Positions 47,891 through 56,829 of a stretch of 64,000 nt of DNA are shown piece after piece; the first letter of the stretch is position 1; every line of letters starts with the position of its first letter. The position numbers and the translations under genes were made by a program. Origin of the DNA: a virus; IMG/VR virus record IMGVR_UViG_3300045988_173323. The stretch is one strand, 5' to 3'. Below the pieces are notes generated by a model, which saw nothing but the letters and a program-made list of their open reading frames with translations, had not been told where the DNA came from and searched no databases.

Positions 47891-48027
47891 ATATACAAGG
47901 CTTACTTGTTTATTTAATTTTTAAGAGTAAATAAACTAAATCTCTTTTTATAGCTTTACATTTCTATAAAACTATCTCATCAACTATATTATCGTATAAT
48001 TGCTGCATAAAATAAGCCTTTATTTAT

Positions 48028-48372
48028 TTATTCTAAATTTGAAAGCAGTTCAGCAAGTGCATCTTCTGCTCTCTGTTCCAGGATTTCCGCATCGTTAATA
48101 TAAGCAGACATTTCTTCAAGATGCTCTGATGCTTTATTATATATTTCAATCGCTTCTTTAAATTTACCAGAAGCTCTTTCAACTCTTTTCTTCGCAATTT
48201 TTGCATTACATCTCGCAGCGGCAAGAGTTTTTCCTTTCTCCAAGTCAAATGTATCTTTTGGATTACATTTTGCTTTTCCTTTAACAATTTTTCCCGCGTA
48301 TGTAGAAACCGCGACAACAAGATTTTTTGAAGTATAAAACTTATATTTACTTATATCCAGGTCTGTAAACAT
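48028..48372 (-). CDS. Hypothetical protein
   Basis: 114-aa ORF with an RBS/promoter cassette upstream at 48391-48440. Confidence 0.3.
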   Translation of the reverse strand: MFTDLDISKYKFYTSKNLVVAVSTYAGKIVKGKAKCNPKDTFDLEKGKTLAAARCNAKIAKKRVERASGKFKEAIEIYNKASEHLEEMSAYINDAEILEQRAEDALAELLSNLE

Positions 48373-48433
48373 ATCATCAATCTCCTTTTCTTTTGATATA
48401 ATAATTATATCATAATTTTTTTATTTTTTCAAG

Positions 48434-48522
48434 CGTGCGGTAGAGGATTCGAACCTCTGGACCAGGGCTTCCTGGTCGGTGGATTAGCAATCCACTGCAA
48501 TCAGCCTCTCTGCCAACCGCAC
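48434..48522 (-). tRNA. tRNA-Ser(GCU)
   Basis: Acceptor GTGCGGT/ACCGCAC, anticodon arm GTGGA-TTGCTAA-TCCAC, long variable arm CGACCAGGAAGCCCTGGTC, T-arm AGAGGTTCGAATCCTCT. Confidence 0.75.
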
Positions 48523-48525
48523 AGA

Positions 48526-48598
48526 TAGGGAAAGTAGGTAACGATCCTACATCCTAGGATTTTCAGTCCTATGCTTTTACCATATAAGCTATTTCCCT
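48526..48598 (-). tRNA. tRNA-Phe(GAA) with an atypical T-loop (ATCGTTA)
   Basis: Acceptor AGGGAAA/TTTCCCT and anticodon arm TAGGA-CTGAAAA-TCCTA. Confidence 0.6.
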
Positions 48599-48808
48599 GA
48601 GCTGTTACTGTTTTATTTTATTGTGAGAAAACAGTACAAAAAACTCGGCTCATCTAATTTAATTTCTAAAAACTTAAGCTTAAGTGTCTTTACGAGAAAG
48701 CTAGATGCGGTTGCTTATGAAGAATTCCAAATCTTCTCTTTCTTTCTCTTAAAGAAATAATTTAATTTTCTAATTTTCTATGGTGTTGCTATTATTTTTA
48801 CCATAGAA

Positions 48809-48881
48809 TACGGGAAGTGGGACTCGAACCCACAAAATTGAGTTCCTAAGACTCACGCGTATGCCATTCCGCCATTCCCGC
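48809..48881 (-). tRNA. Class-I (short variable loop, 72-73 nt) tRNA with anticodon UAG; Leu-like D-arm but lacking the long variable arm
   Basis: Anticodon arm TGAGT-CTTAGGA-ACTCA. The D-arm TGGCGGAATGGCATACGC is identical to that of tRNA-Leu(CAA) at 49028-49106. The variable region is only ATTTT. T-arm GTGGGTTCGAGTCCCAC. Confidence 0.5.
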
Positions 48882-49027
48882 ATAGTGTAGGTAACCTTCG
48901 CAGAAACCTACTGACTTGCCGATAACTTACATAGTCTCGTATATCTCTTACGCTGAACTATCCTCTCTCCGCAAATACTACCGTAAGGTATAACACCCTG
49001 TTGAGATATTTATAACGAAGGTTTTAA

Positions 49028-49106
49028 TGCTCCTATTGGGATTTGAACCCAAATGATTTCTCCGTAGCTTTTGAGACTACTGCGTATGCCATTCCGCCAT
49101 AAGAGC
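49028..49106 (-). tRNA. tRNA-Leu(CAA)
   Basis: Anticodon arm GTAGT-CTCAAAA-GCTAC, a ~12-nt variable arm, T-arm TTGGGTTCAAATCCCAA. Confidence 0.65.
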
Positions 49107-49110
49107 TTAA

Positions 49111-49195
49111 TGAAGGTGGTGGGATTCGAACCCACAATGTTTCTAATGTAGCGGATTTTAAGTCCGCTCTGTCTCGCCAGTTGCAGCACACCTCC
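49111..49195 (-). tRNA. tRNA-Leu(UAA), copy 1
   Basis: Anticodon arm GCGGA-CTTAAAA-TCCGC, long variable arm, T-arm GTGGGTTCGAATCCCAC. Confidence 0.7.
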
Positions 49196-49282
49196 AAATG
49201 AAGAGTTTTAAACTCTTCAGTTTGTTAATTTATTGTAAGGGAATTAACACCATAAAGGAAGGAAAACAGTTTCATGAACGAA

Positions 49283-49364
49283 TGGGCGTGGTGGGATTCG
49301 AACCCACATAGTTCTAAACCAGCGGATTTTAAGTCCGCCACGTATACCTTTCCGTCACACACCC
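49283..49364 (-). tRNA. tRNA-Leu(UAA), copy 2
   Basis: Same anticodon arm, with a different acceptor (GGGTGTG) and D-arm. Long variable arm. Confidence 0.65.
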
Positions 49365-49694
49365 AAAATGGATAGATTCAAAGGCTCTTTACTCCCCGAG
49401 AGGATAAAACCTTAATATTAAGCATTGACATTAAAGGCTTTGCTAATAGAAAGCTATATCTATCCAACTTTCAAGACAAAAGATTTAATTTATCAGTCTG
49501 TAAAATTATTTAATTATTTGATTATTTGATATTTTAATTATAATGGACGTCCGCAGTACTTTTTGACAGGCACTTCTGCCTCCACGATTTAACCGAATCG
49601 CTCGGACAAGAAAACTCACTTGCGTTGCACATCTATTGTCTGCCCATATGCTTTGACTATCGTAGGTTTTTAAAAAGTAAGCCTATAAACTTGA

Positions 49695-49768
49695 TGCTTA
49701 AGAATGGATTTGAACCACCGACCTCATGTTTATCAGACATGTGCTCTAACCAACTGAGCTACTTAAGC
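49695..49768 (-). tRNA. tRNA-Ile(GAU)
   Basis: Acceptor GCTTAAG/CTTAAGC, D-arm TAGCTCAGTTGGTTAGAGC, anticodon arm CATGT-CTGATAA-ACATG. Confidence 0.75.
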
Positions 49769-50231
49769 TTATATTTCTTTTCTTTTCTTTTGATATATTT
49801 ATTATATCATAATTTTTTATTTTTTTCAAATTATTTTTAGAGCCTATGCTATATGTTTACACCACCGCCACCTAAATAGTCGCTACCTTGCTCAGAAAGA
49901 GGAATTTAATATTTTGTTTTTACAGAAAGGTACAAAATAAACCTATGTCATTTTATAACACAATTTAAAGAAAGAGGTGTGCAACACTAGTTTTTTGCAC
50001 TCACGGCATTTAGGCATCCGCGTTTCATATGACGTCATCTAGTTTTTGCCATGCTTCTATTTTTTAGCCATATTAGCAAAAGATAAGAGAAACACTAACG
50101 AATCTTACTTTCACCCACATTCGGGAACGGTTTCCTAATTCAAACCGCTAAAGTCACTTCATCTCGCATGAAGAGCGTTTGTTCTTATTTACTAATAACT
50201 TCCTAGGTTTATCTGTAAATAAAAGACAAAA

Positions 50232-50305
50232 TTGCGGCGGGTGGGATTCGAACCCACGACCTCTTGGTTATGAGCCAAGCGAGCTTCCAGACTGCTCTAC
50301 CCCGC
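50232..50305 (-). tRNA. tRNA-Met(CAU), initiator-like features; acceptor stem imperfect
   Basis: 5' CGCGGGG, D-arm GAGCAGTCTGGAAGCTC, anticodon loop CTCATAA, and T-arm GGTCGTGGGTTCGAATCCCAC resemble E. coli tRNA-fMet. The 3' acceptor CCGCCGC does not pair cleanly. Confidence 0.5.
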
Positions 50306-50309
50306 GATA

Positions 50310-50539
50310 TTAAAATCTTCCGAGAAAATTTCCCAATTCATCAAAATCAAAACCTACTGGTTCTCTTTCATAACCATTCGCAATCATAAAAGAAACTCTG
50401 GAAGCGGGTAAGGAAGAATACTGCTTTTTTAATTCAGTAAAATCCTTATCAAGAAAATCTTCTACAATAAAAGGACTATTGTGACAAGCAGATTGAATCA
50501 ATTTGATTCCACCAAGTAATTTTTCTTTGTCAGTCATAA
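50310..50539 (-). CDS. Hypothetical protein (start reassigned to MTDKEKLLGG; the listed N-terminal extension overlaps a tRNA-like sequence)
   Basis: GGAGAAAAATCTT-ATG RBS. Confidence 0.3.
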
Positions 50540-50642
50540 GATTTTTCTCCTTTTTTACAAGACAGTTTATTTTAGGTTTATAAGAATTAAAAGTTCTTTC
50601 CTTGAAATTTGAAATAATATAATTGTTTGCAGTATCTGTCTT

Positions 50643-50716
50643 AAAATCACACCAGCGAGACTTGAACCCAGCATTACGACCTTGAAAGGGTCGCGTCCTT
50701 ACCATTAGACCACGGA
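50643..50716 (-). ncRNA. Chimeric/degenerate tRNA-Glu(UUC)-like element
   Basis: Good anticodon arm CGACC-CTTTCAA-GGTCG. The T-stem 5' strand (CTGGG) does not pair with the 3' strand (CTCGC), and the 5' end GCGGCTC does not pair with the 3' TGGTGTG. The 3' portion from the T-loop onward is identical to tRNA-Glu at 51063-51136 within a ~110-bp repeat. Confidence 0.35.
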
Positions 50717-50920
50717 GCCGCATATTTGTACTGGGATTCAAACTCAGGTTCTCAGGTTCTCAGGTTCTCAGAATTAGTCTTGACTGCTTGACTATAAAGC
50801 CAAAAACTTATTACTCTTCTTCAAGCTCCTCATTCATAACTGATTCCCAATATTCAGCATCATCATAAAACTCTTCACACTGAGGACCTAAGTCAAAATC
50901 ATCAAACATAAATATCATTT

Positions 50921-50990
50921 CCTTTCTTTCTTTTGATATATTTATTATATCATATATTTTTTAAAAAATCAATTAAGATTTTTTAATTTA
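50921..50990 (-). promoter_or_regulatory. Repeated sigmaA-type promoter cassette (full-length copy)
   Basis: TTTCTTTCTTTTGATATATTTATTATATCATATATTTTTTAAAAAATCAATTAAGATTTTTT. Confidence 0.5.
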
Positions 50991-51062
50991 CAAGACAGAT
51001 TTATTAGATCTATAAGAATTTTAAGTTCTTTTAAAAATAATATTGCAGTATCTGTCTTAAAA

Positions 51063-51136
51063 TCACACCAGCGAGACTTGAACTCGCGTCTGAAGCTTGA
51101 AAGGCTTCTATCCTGTACCTACTAGACGATGGTGTG
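51063..51136 (-). tRNA. tRNA-Glu(UUC)
   Basis: Acceptor CACACCA/TGGTGTG, anticodon arm GAAGC-CTTTCAA-GCTTC, T-arm GCGAGTTCAAGTCTCGC. Confidence 0.7.
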
Positions 51137-51203
51137 TTTCTTTTCTTTTGATATATTTATTATATCATATATTTTTAAAAAAATCAATTAAGATTTTTTT
51201 CAA

Positions 51204-51277
51204 TCACTCTTAACAGGCTCGAACTGTTATCTTTACCTTGAGAGGGTAATATCCTATTCCTTTTAGACGAAAGAGTG
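51204..51277 (-). tRNA. tRNA-Glu(CUC)
   Basis: Acceptor CACTCTT/AAGAGTG, anticodon arm TTACC-CTCTCAA-GGTAA, T-arm AACAGTTCGAGCCTGTT. Confidence 0.65.
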
Positions 51278-51504
51278 TTATAATATGTGCGATCAGCTTT
51301 AACGCACTTGATGCTTATTAAGTTGGTATTATAAGCATCTTTCATACAAATGGTATTACCAACAGTCATTTATACAAAGTTTTCCCTTTGATCTAATGAC
51401 TAGCTTGACATTCAAGTCTACCGCATCCTCGCGGACTAACTTCATTAGCTTTTAACCAGGTCTATCACAGTTAAGGAGTTTTATGTGTGTTCCTTCGCAC
51501 AGCG

Positions 51505-51587
51505 TGGGCGGTGATGGAGTCGAACCATCCGAGACCGAAGCCATCAGTTTTACAGACTGACCCGCTACCCCTACGGTATAACCACCC
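51505..51587 (-). tRNA. tRNA-Tyr(GUA), copy 1
   Basis: Anticodon arm TCAGT-CTGTAAA-ACTGA, long variable arm, T-arm GATGGTTCGACTCCATC. Confidence 0.65.
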
Positions 51588-51592
51588 AAATT

Positions 51593-51946
51593 TTAAATAC
51601 AATTAATTTTATCAAACATTGGTGCATAACTTTTAACATGATTATGTGTTAAAACGCCCATTAAAGCTTCATTTTCATTTTCTTCTACGATAAAGATACG
51701 AGCCGTATCTGTCGTAATTGCTTGTCTACCTCTTGGAGCAGTTAATAGTTTAGCACATCTTTCAACTCTTTGCATGTCAGTAGTATTAACCTTCCATTCT
51801 TCCTCTAGAACTAACTACTACAAAAACAGGCATATTGTTTTTAATCTTTGGTTTTACATCAAGAATTCTACCACACCAGTTAATATCATATTCTTCATGT
51901 ACATCTGTTACTACTAAATGCGTTTTTACTAATACTTCCGCCATCT
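51593..51946 (-). CDS. Two short adjacent ORFs (51785-51946 and 51593-51775) that may be one gene split by a frameshift
   Basis: MAEVLVKTHLVVTDVHEEYD...SSRGRMEG* then ..VNTTDMQRVERCAKLL... The frames overlap by about 30 nt. The function is unknown. Confidence 0.25.
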
Positions 51947-52169
51947 TATCACTCCTTAAAAGAATTGAAAAAATTCATTATATCTTCATTTACCTTTCTA
52001 GTTTCAATATCTTTACCTTTTGGTGCAGGCTTAGACTGATGAAAAGGATGCTGCTCTTTCCAACAAGATAAAAAATGCTTTGTCAATTTTTGCTCCTCTT
52101 GAAATCTTCTGTGACAAGTTGGACATATGTACATTTTATACTCTCCTTTTGTATATATTCATGTACTAA

Positions 52170-52241
52170 CTGGGGTAGCTGGATTTGAACCAGCGAATAC
52201 AGCAGTCAAAGTGCTGTGCCTTACCGCTTGGCGATACCCCA
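52170..52241 (-). tRNA. tRNA-Gln(UUG), copy 1
   Basis: Acceptor TGGGGTA/TACCCCA with G73, anticodon arm CAGCA-CTTTGAC-TGCTG, T-arm GCTGGTTCAAATCCAGC. Confidence 0.75.
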
Positions 52242-52577
52242 TTATTCTGAAGCATGGGACTTACCTAGAACGTTCCCTCACAGACAAGCTTCTGTGCCAT
52301 CCCCGCGTGTTTTCAGTTTTTTATTGAGTCATGCGGCAAACATACACGGTTTCAAGCCAGGACTCTGTAATTTCGAGATATATTTTATATATTTGATTAA
52401 AGCTCAAATCTAAAATTATTTGCTGTATATATCTCTCTTTACTTTATATAATTATTATATAATATTTTAATTTAAAAATCAATTAAAATATTATTCTGAG
52501 AATGAGGAACTCAAATGTATAAATCATAGTAATATTAATATACCTTACTACTTGGTATTACCTCATCTCAAACTGCC

Positions 52578-52650
52578 CCGGTGGGGATCGAACCCACAAC
52601 ACGCTGGTTAATCAGAAGTTGAGATTTGAACTCAAATATTTTTCCCATTG
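52578..52650 (-). ncRNA. Degenerate tRNA-like fragments (two T-arm hairpins without a complete cloverleaf)
   Basis: GTGGGTTCGATCCCCAC and TTGAGTTCAAATCTCAA. No acceptor or anticodon arms could be paired. Confidence 0.25.
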
Positions 52651-52870
52651 CTCATCAGTGTATTTATCAATTCCTTTTTTATTTTATAAATATAAAGAAT
52701 TAACATTATGAGTTAATCACTGTTGACCATAGTTCAAATGCATTACTTATGCTACTCCCGCACAGCCAGCCGTTCTACCATTGGACTACAGGGCATTAAA
52801 ATGTTACAAGATGCTCTTATTAAATTTTTTCGCCTATACAGAAAATCATTGCTGTATTGCATCTTTAATA

Positions 52871-52930
52871 TTTTCTTTTGATATATTTATTATATCATAT
52901 ATTTTTTAAAAAATCAATTAAGATTTTTTT
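52871..52930 (-). promoter_or_regulatory. Repeated sigmaA-type promoter cassette
   Basis: Full-length consensus copy. Confidence 0.5.
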
Positions 52931-53538
52931 GCCTAGCGTTTCAGGTACTTTTTAGCCCTAACTTATTTGAATAAGGTCTGACATTCACGCATGCTCCTCT
53001 AGTACCATGGGGCTTAGGTCTCGATCAAGTAGTTGTACTCTTTTCATAGCCTGGACTCTTGAAAGATGGTTTAGTTCGTTTTATACCGCCTACTCCTTAT
53101 AGCGGTTTTGGCTGTTTCTCAAAATCCATTTAACCGTTTCATAACACTCATCAGGTTCAACCTGGATTAGGTGACTGCAGCACCAAAGTCCCGTGGAATG
53201 GATTCGAACCATTCTAATAGTTATATACTTTAGCTCGTACTTATTAAATTACTTATAGTATTTTTTCTAGCTTATTATTACTACTTTCATAAAATAGTTA
53301 ACTTACTATTCTCAAACCTTGTCTCAGCGATTACCCAATTTTTCTTAATAAAATTTAGCTAGTTAAATAAAATAAGATCAAATCGCACACGGGTTATAAA
53401 TATTTAATTATTTTGTTATAATGCAGTTTCTTTTCAATTAACCGCTACTCAGACTTACAATTATAACAAGGTTATTAACCTAATGGATAGCACCGTTTAA
53501 AGCTCCTGAACTGCTTACCATCATATTGTAACTTGTTC

Positions 53539-53618
53539 ATAGGCGAGGCGAGATTCGAACCCACACGCACGAGGCACCAGTTCCTAAGACTGGTGTGGCT
53601 ACCATTACACCACTCGCC
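53539..53618 (-). tRNA. tRNA-Leu(UAG), class II with a long variable arm
   Basis: Acceptor GGGCGAG/CTCGCCT, anticodon arm CCAGT-CTTAGGA-ACTGG, variable arm TGCCTCGTGCGTG, T-loop TTCGAAT. Confidence 0.6.
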
Positions 53619-53627
53619 CTTAAAATA

Positions 53628-53700
53628 CTCTAAGTGGAACTCGAACCCACAGCAGCTTAAATGTTGTGTTGTGTTGTGTTTACCAGTTTCATCACTAGAG
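53628..53700 (-). ncRNA. tRNA-like element with an embedded (GTTGT)n microsatellite; anticodon arm not foldable
   Basis: Acceptor GCTCTAG/TTAGAGT with G:U pairs and T-arm GTGGGTTCGAGTTCCAC. The internal ACAACACAACACAACAC repeat replaces the anticodon arm. Confidence 0.3.
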
Positions 53701-53742
53701 CTTATTTAACCACGTGAGAAAAATTTGCACGTGTTAGTAGAA

Positions 53743-53810
53743 TATGTGCGATTTGAACGCCGCCTCAAGTTCCCAAAACTCGTGTGCTACCATTACACCA
53801 CATACTCTAT
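53743..53810 (-). ncRNA. Degenerate tRNA-Pro(UGG)-like element (weak 3-bp T-stem)
   Basis: Anticodon arm CGAGT-TTTGGGA-ACTTG is perfect. The T-stem is only GCG/CGC. Acceptor AGAGTAT/ATATTCT has a G:U pair. Confidence 0.35.
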
Positions 53811-54027
53811 ATTAAAGTAGGCTATTGTAAACTCACCGTCTACCATGGCGACTCATTTAATTTCTCCTTTTCGGATATGTTACAGTGATATAGCTATAAA
53901 ATTGTGGGTGCGATCTTGCCTAGGTTCAAGCCTTTACCCCGGCGGAGCTAGTGCAAGTACTTTTTCCGCTGTGCCCTACACTCTATTGCTGTGTATGCCG
54001 TTCACCGCATTTAATAAAGGATTTGCG

Positions 54028-54098
54028 AGCCGGTAGAGGGATTCGAACCCCGTCTACTGATTACAAGTCAGTTGCATTGCCAACTATGCTATACCGGC
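54028..54098 (-). tRNA. tRNA-Thr(UGU)
   Basis: Acceptor GCCGGTA/TACCGGC, anticodon arm ACTGA-CTTGTAA-TCAGT, T-loop TTCGAAT. Confidence 0.7.
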
Positions 54099-54099
54099 A

Positions 54100-54125
54100 T
54101 TTAAAAAGCGAGTTTCCTCGCCTTA
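54100..54125 (-). terminator. Rho-independent terminator / stability hairpin on the minus strand
   Basis: GCGAG-gaaa-CTCGC followed by TTTTT on the minus strand. Confidence 0.45.
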
Positions 54126-54960
54126 ATAATTTTTTATTAGGCTGAGATTATTGACCTATTATAATTAGCTTTGCTTACCGTTGGAAGTAAGTAATCACAC
54201 GAACGATTAATCCGTAGCTAATAGCGACACCAGTTTCAGTGGCTCCTGGCAAACTCTTACTACATAGTATTATAAATTTCCTTTCAGCACATTCTTCCTT
54301 GCGGGATTCAGAGATTGCAGTCTCTTAGAGTTGCACCTAATTGTACTTTTTCATATCTCACCTTGCGAGTTCAATATGTGTCCATATTACAGAACAATAA
54401 GTCGCTTTTCTCTATGTAGTCATGTACACTTTTGCTGTATAAGTAAATGTTTATTTTCTCATATAATATATTGGAAAACCAAATCAGGCTCTTCCTGATT
54501 AAATATCCAATGCAATCATGTACATATATTATGGATTACGAGGTACACATTTGAGCATCTATACCTTTTGAGTACAGCCCACTCATCGCAACCCTGCTCG
54601 TCTTGCTATCGACTCACTTTAGACTATTCCAACTATCTTTCGATTTAAGTCAGAAATGACTAATTAAATACAGCACTTATTCTTGCGGAATTTGCACCAT
54701 AAAACAACCTTACTGTCCACCCATTTCTGAGTTTACCTATAGCACCTTTCACATGATGCCCAACCAACCATTGTCCTCAGCGGATGCCCCAAAACTTTAG
54801 GTTGGAACGTTAGTAAGTATTGGCTTTCTATTACCCCTCTTTAGAAGGAGGCATTTTCATGCTTTATACGTGTCACCACGCTTATTTAACGACCTGAAGC
54901 CAGCCGATTAGTTTTTCAAACGTGTTCGCCGAAGTTAGTGCGTTGTTGGATAACTAATAA
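54126..54960 (-). ncRNA. ~830-nt GC-enriched non-coding region between tRNA-Gln and tRNA-Thr; candidate large structured RNA
   Basis: No ORF of 60 aa or more on the transcribed strand. GC content is clearly above the genome background, with many local helices. It is bounded by a promoter cassette upstream (55101-55160) and a terminator hairpin. Confidence 0.3.
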
Positions 54961-54966
54961 TCCGAG

Positions 54967-55037
54967 CGGCTCCTACGGGATTCGAACCCATGCCGTCGCA
55001 GTCAAAGTGCGATATGCTACCACTACACCAAGGAGCA
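54967..55037 (-). tRNA. tRNA-Gln(UUG), copy 2 (1:72 mismatch, G73)
   Basis: Anticodon arm TCGCA-CTTTGAC-TGCGA and T-arm ATGGGTTCGAATCCCGT. The acceptor is TGCTCCT/AGGAGCC. Confidence 0.55.
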
Positions 55038-55223
55038 TTATCTGAGACGCATACTCACCTTAAGATTTAATTTACAGTCAAATTTTTGAAATTGCTTTTA
55101 GCGTCTTCTTATCTTTATTACTTATATATTATATAATAATTTTTTATAAAAATCAAATTTAAGTAACCTATCGTTCCGTTCTTCAGTTACTTGGCTTTGC
55201 AATGCAAAGACGGAAACAAAGCG

Positions 55224-55297
55224 TGGAGTTAGGGAGATTCGAACTCCCGACCTCTTGTTTGCAAAACAAGCGTTCATCCCGACTGAACTATAACCCC
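55224..55297 (-). tRNA. tRNA-Ala(UGC), copy 2
   Basis: GGGGTTA acceptor with G3:U70, anticodon arm CTTGT-TTTGCAA-ACAAG, T-arm GGGAGTTCGAATCTCCC. Confidence 0.7.
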
Positions 55298-55405
55298 AAA
55301 ATTAAAGTGCCGGCAAATGCCTAACCTTTAATTTATAAAAAATATAAATGACGAGTTCATAAAAAATGTGTGTTATCATCATACATTTTGGCTTTGTTAG
55401 CCAAA

Positions 55406-55480
55406 CGACTCTGACGGGACTCGAACCAGTGTTATTCCACTGTGACAGAGTGGTACCATAACCAACTAGGCGACAGAGCC
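55406..55480 (-). tRNA. tRNA-Asp(GUC)
   Basis: Acceptor GGCTCTG/CAGAGTC, anticodon arm CCACT-CTGTCAC-AGTGG, T-loop TTCGAGT. The T-stem is imperfect. Confidence 0.55.
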
Positions 55481-55549
55481 AAAACAAGATGGAATTATTT
55501 TTGCACTTAATATCCCCAATATTACGCAACATTGCTGTGTCCATCTTAA

Positions 55550-55631
55550 TTGGGGAGGTAGGACTCGAACCTACGACGTTTCTTTGTCACGGTTTTACAG
55601 ACCGCTACCCTCGCCGCTGGGTTACTCCCCA
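55550..55631 (-). tRNA. tRNA-Tyr(GUA), copy 2
   Basis: Acceptor TGGGGAG/CTCCCCA, anticodon arm GCGGT-CTGTAAA-ACCGT, long variable arm GACAAAGAAACGTC, T-arm GTAGGTTCGAGTCCTAC. Confidence 0.65.
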
Positions 55632-56351
55632 TCATTATTAAGTTGGACAGCTATCCTTTAGAAGACGATGCTTCTGGAGCCTTAATAGTACCCCAAGTAA
55701 TTTACCATTTCTACAAATTACCAAAGATTAGAACAATTTTCTCGTTTTGTTCATTGACGTCAGAATTTTCCGCTACGAGGTATCTGAAATATACCTTTAT
55801 TTTATGTATTTATTATAATATAATTTTTTCAAAAAATCAAATGTTATAATAAATATTTTATGATGCACTCCCAATCTAAAAAACCTGTGGTTTCCTAGGA
55901 AGGATTTTCACCTTCGAGTTCCCATCATAGTGGGCGGTAACTTCTGCATCTTTTCTTATGATATAATAATTATATCATAATTTTTTTAAAAAATCAAATT
56001 GTTTTAAACTTAGGAACAATTTTAACCCCTACCATGGTATCTAGGTCTATTTTTTTCAGCCAGGTTTAACCTAGTTTATTTTTTTCCTTCTAAGTACGCA
56101 GACATCTTTTAGTTCATTTAATTACTTACAGGCTAACTAAGTGAGGAATACGCACTTTCCGCAATCTCTAAACGCCTAGGTTTTTAAAGTACAAAACCCT
56201 AAACTCGAAATTTCCTAGCTTGTTTTCTGGCACAACCTTGGATTCATTCTTGCTAAAAAAGTTTAAGCCATATGTTTTTCTTTATTTCTTATGTATTTAT
56301 TATATCATAAATTTTTCAAAAAATCAATTTAAGATTTTTGTCATAACTTTT

Positions 56352-56675
56352 TTATTTACATCCTAAAAAATATCCATAATGACAAAGTAAATCTTCAATA
56401 TTAGACCTTCCAACAGGATTCATTGAATGACAAACAAAACCGTATAAAGGAATTTTATTCTCCACAATATACTTCGCAATATCGTATCCTGTTTTCTTTT
56501 GACCTAAGTCATGGTCTAAACTAATAAAAACGTTACCTTGACAACAATAAATCTTTAAAGCTTTAATTGCTTGTCTATAAGTTCTACAAACAACTTTTTC
56601 TTCACCCAACCACATTAAGTTCTTTGGAATAGGTCTTTCATCGTCAACCCAAATAAAAGTTTTAACTTTGCTCAT
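56352..56675 (-). CDS. Hypothetical protein (possible receiver/Rossmann-like fold)
   Basis: 107-aa ORF; WVDDERP...ISLDHDLG pattern. Confidence 0.3.
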   Translation of the reverse strand: MSKVKTFIWVDDERPIPKNLMWLGEEKVVCRTYRQAIKALKIYCCQGNVFISLDHDLGQKKTGYDIAKYIVENKIPLYGFVCHSMNPVGRSNIEDLLCHYGYFLGCK

Positions 56676-56742
56676 ATTTCATTCCCTCTCTTATTTCTTA
56701 TATAAATATTATATCATATTTTTTATAAAAAATCAAAAGAAA

Positions 56743-56819
56743 CAGACAGTTTAGGAATCGAACCTAAATCTAAATCTAAATTTTTGGAAAATTTTATGCT
56801 ACCATTGCACCAACTGCCC
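56743..56819 (-). tRNA. tRNA-Trp(CCA) with an expanded 9-nt variable loop containing a tandem ATTTAG hexamer
   Basis: Acceptor GGGCAGT/ACTGTCT, anticodon arm AAATT-TTCCAAA-AATTT, variable region AGATTTAGA, T-arm TTAGGTTCGATTCCTAA. Confidence 0.6.
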
Positions 56820-56829
56820 TCTTAACTAT

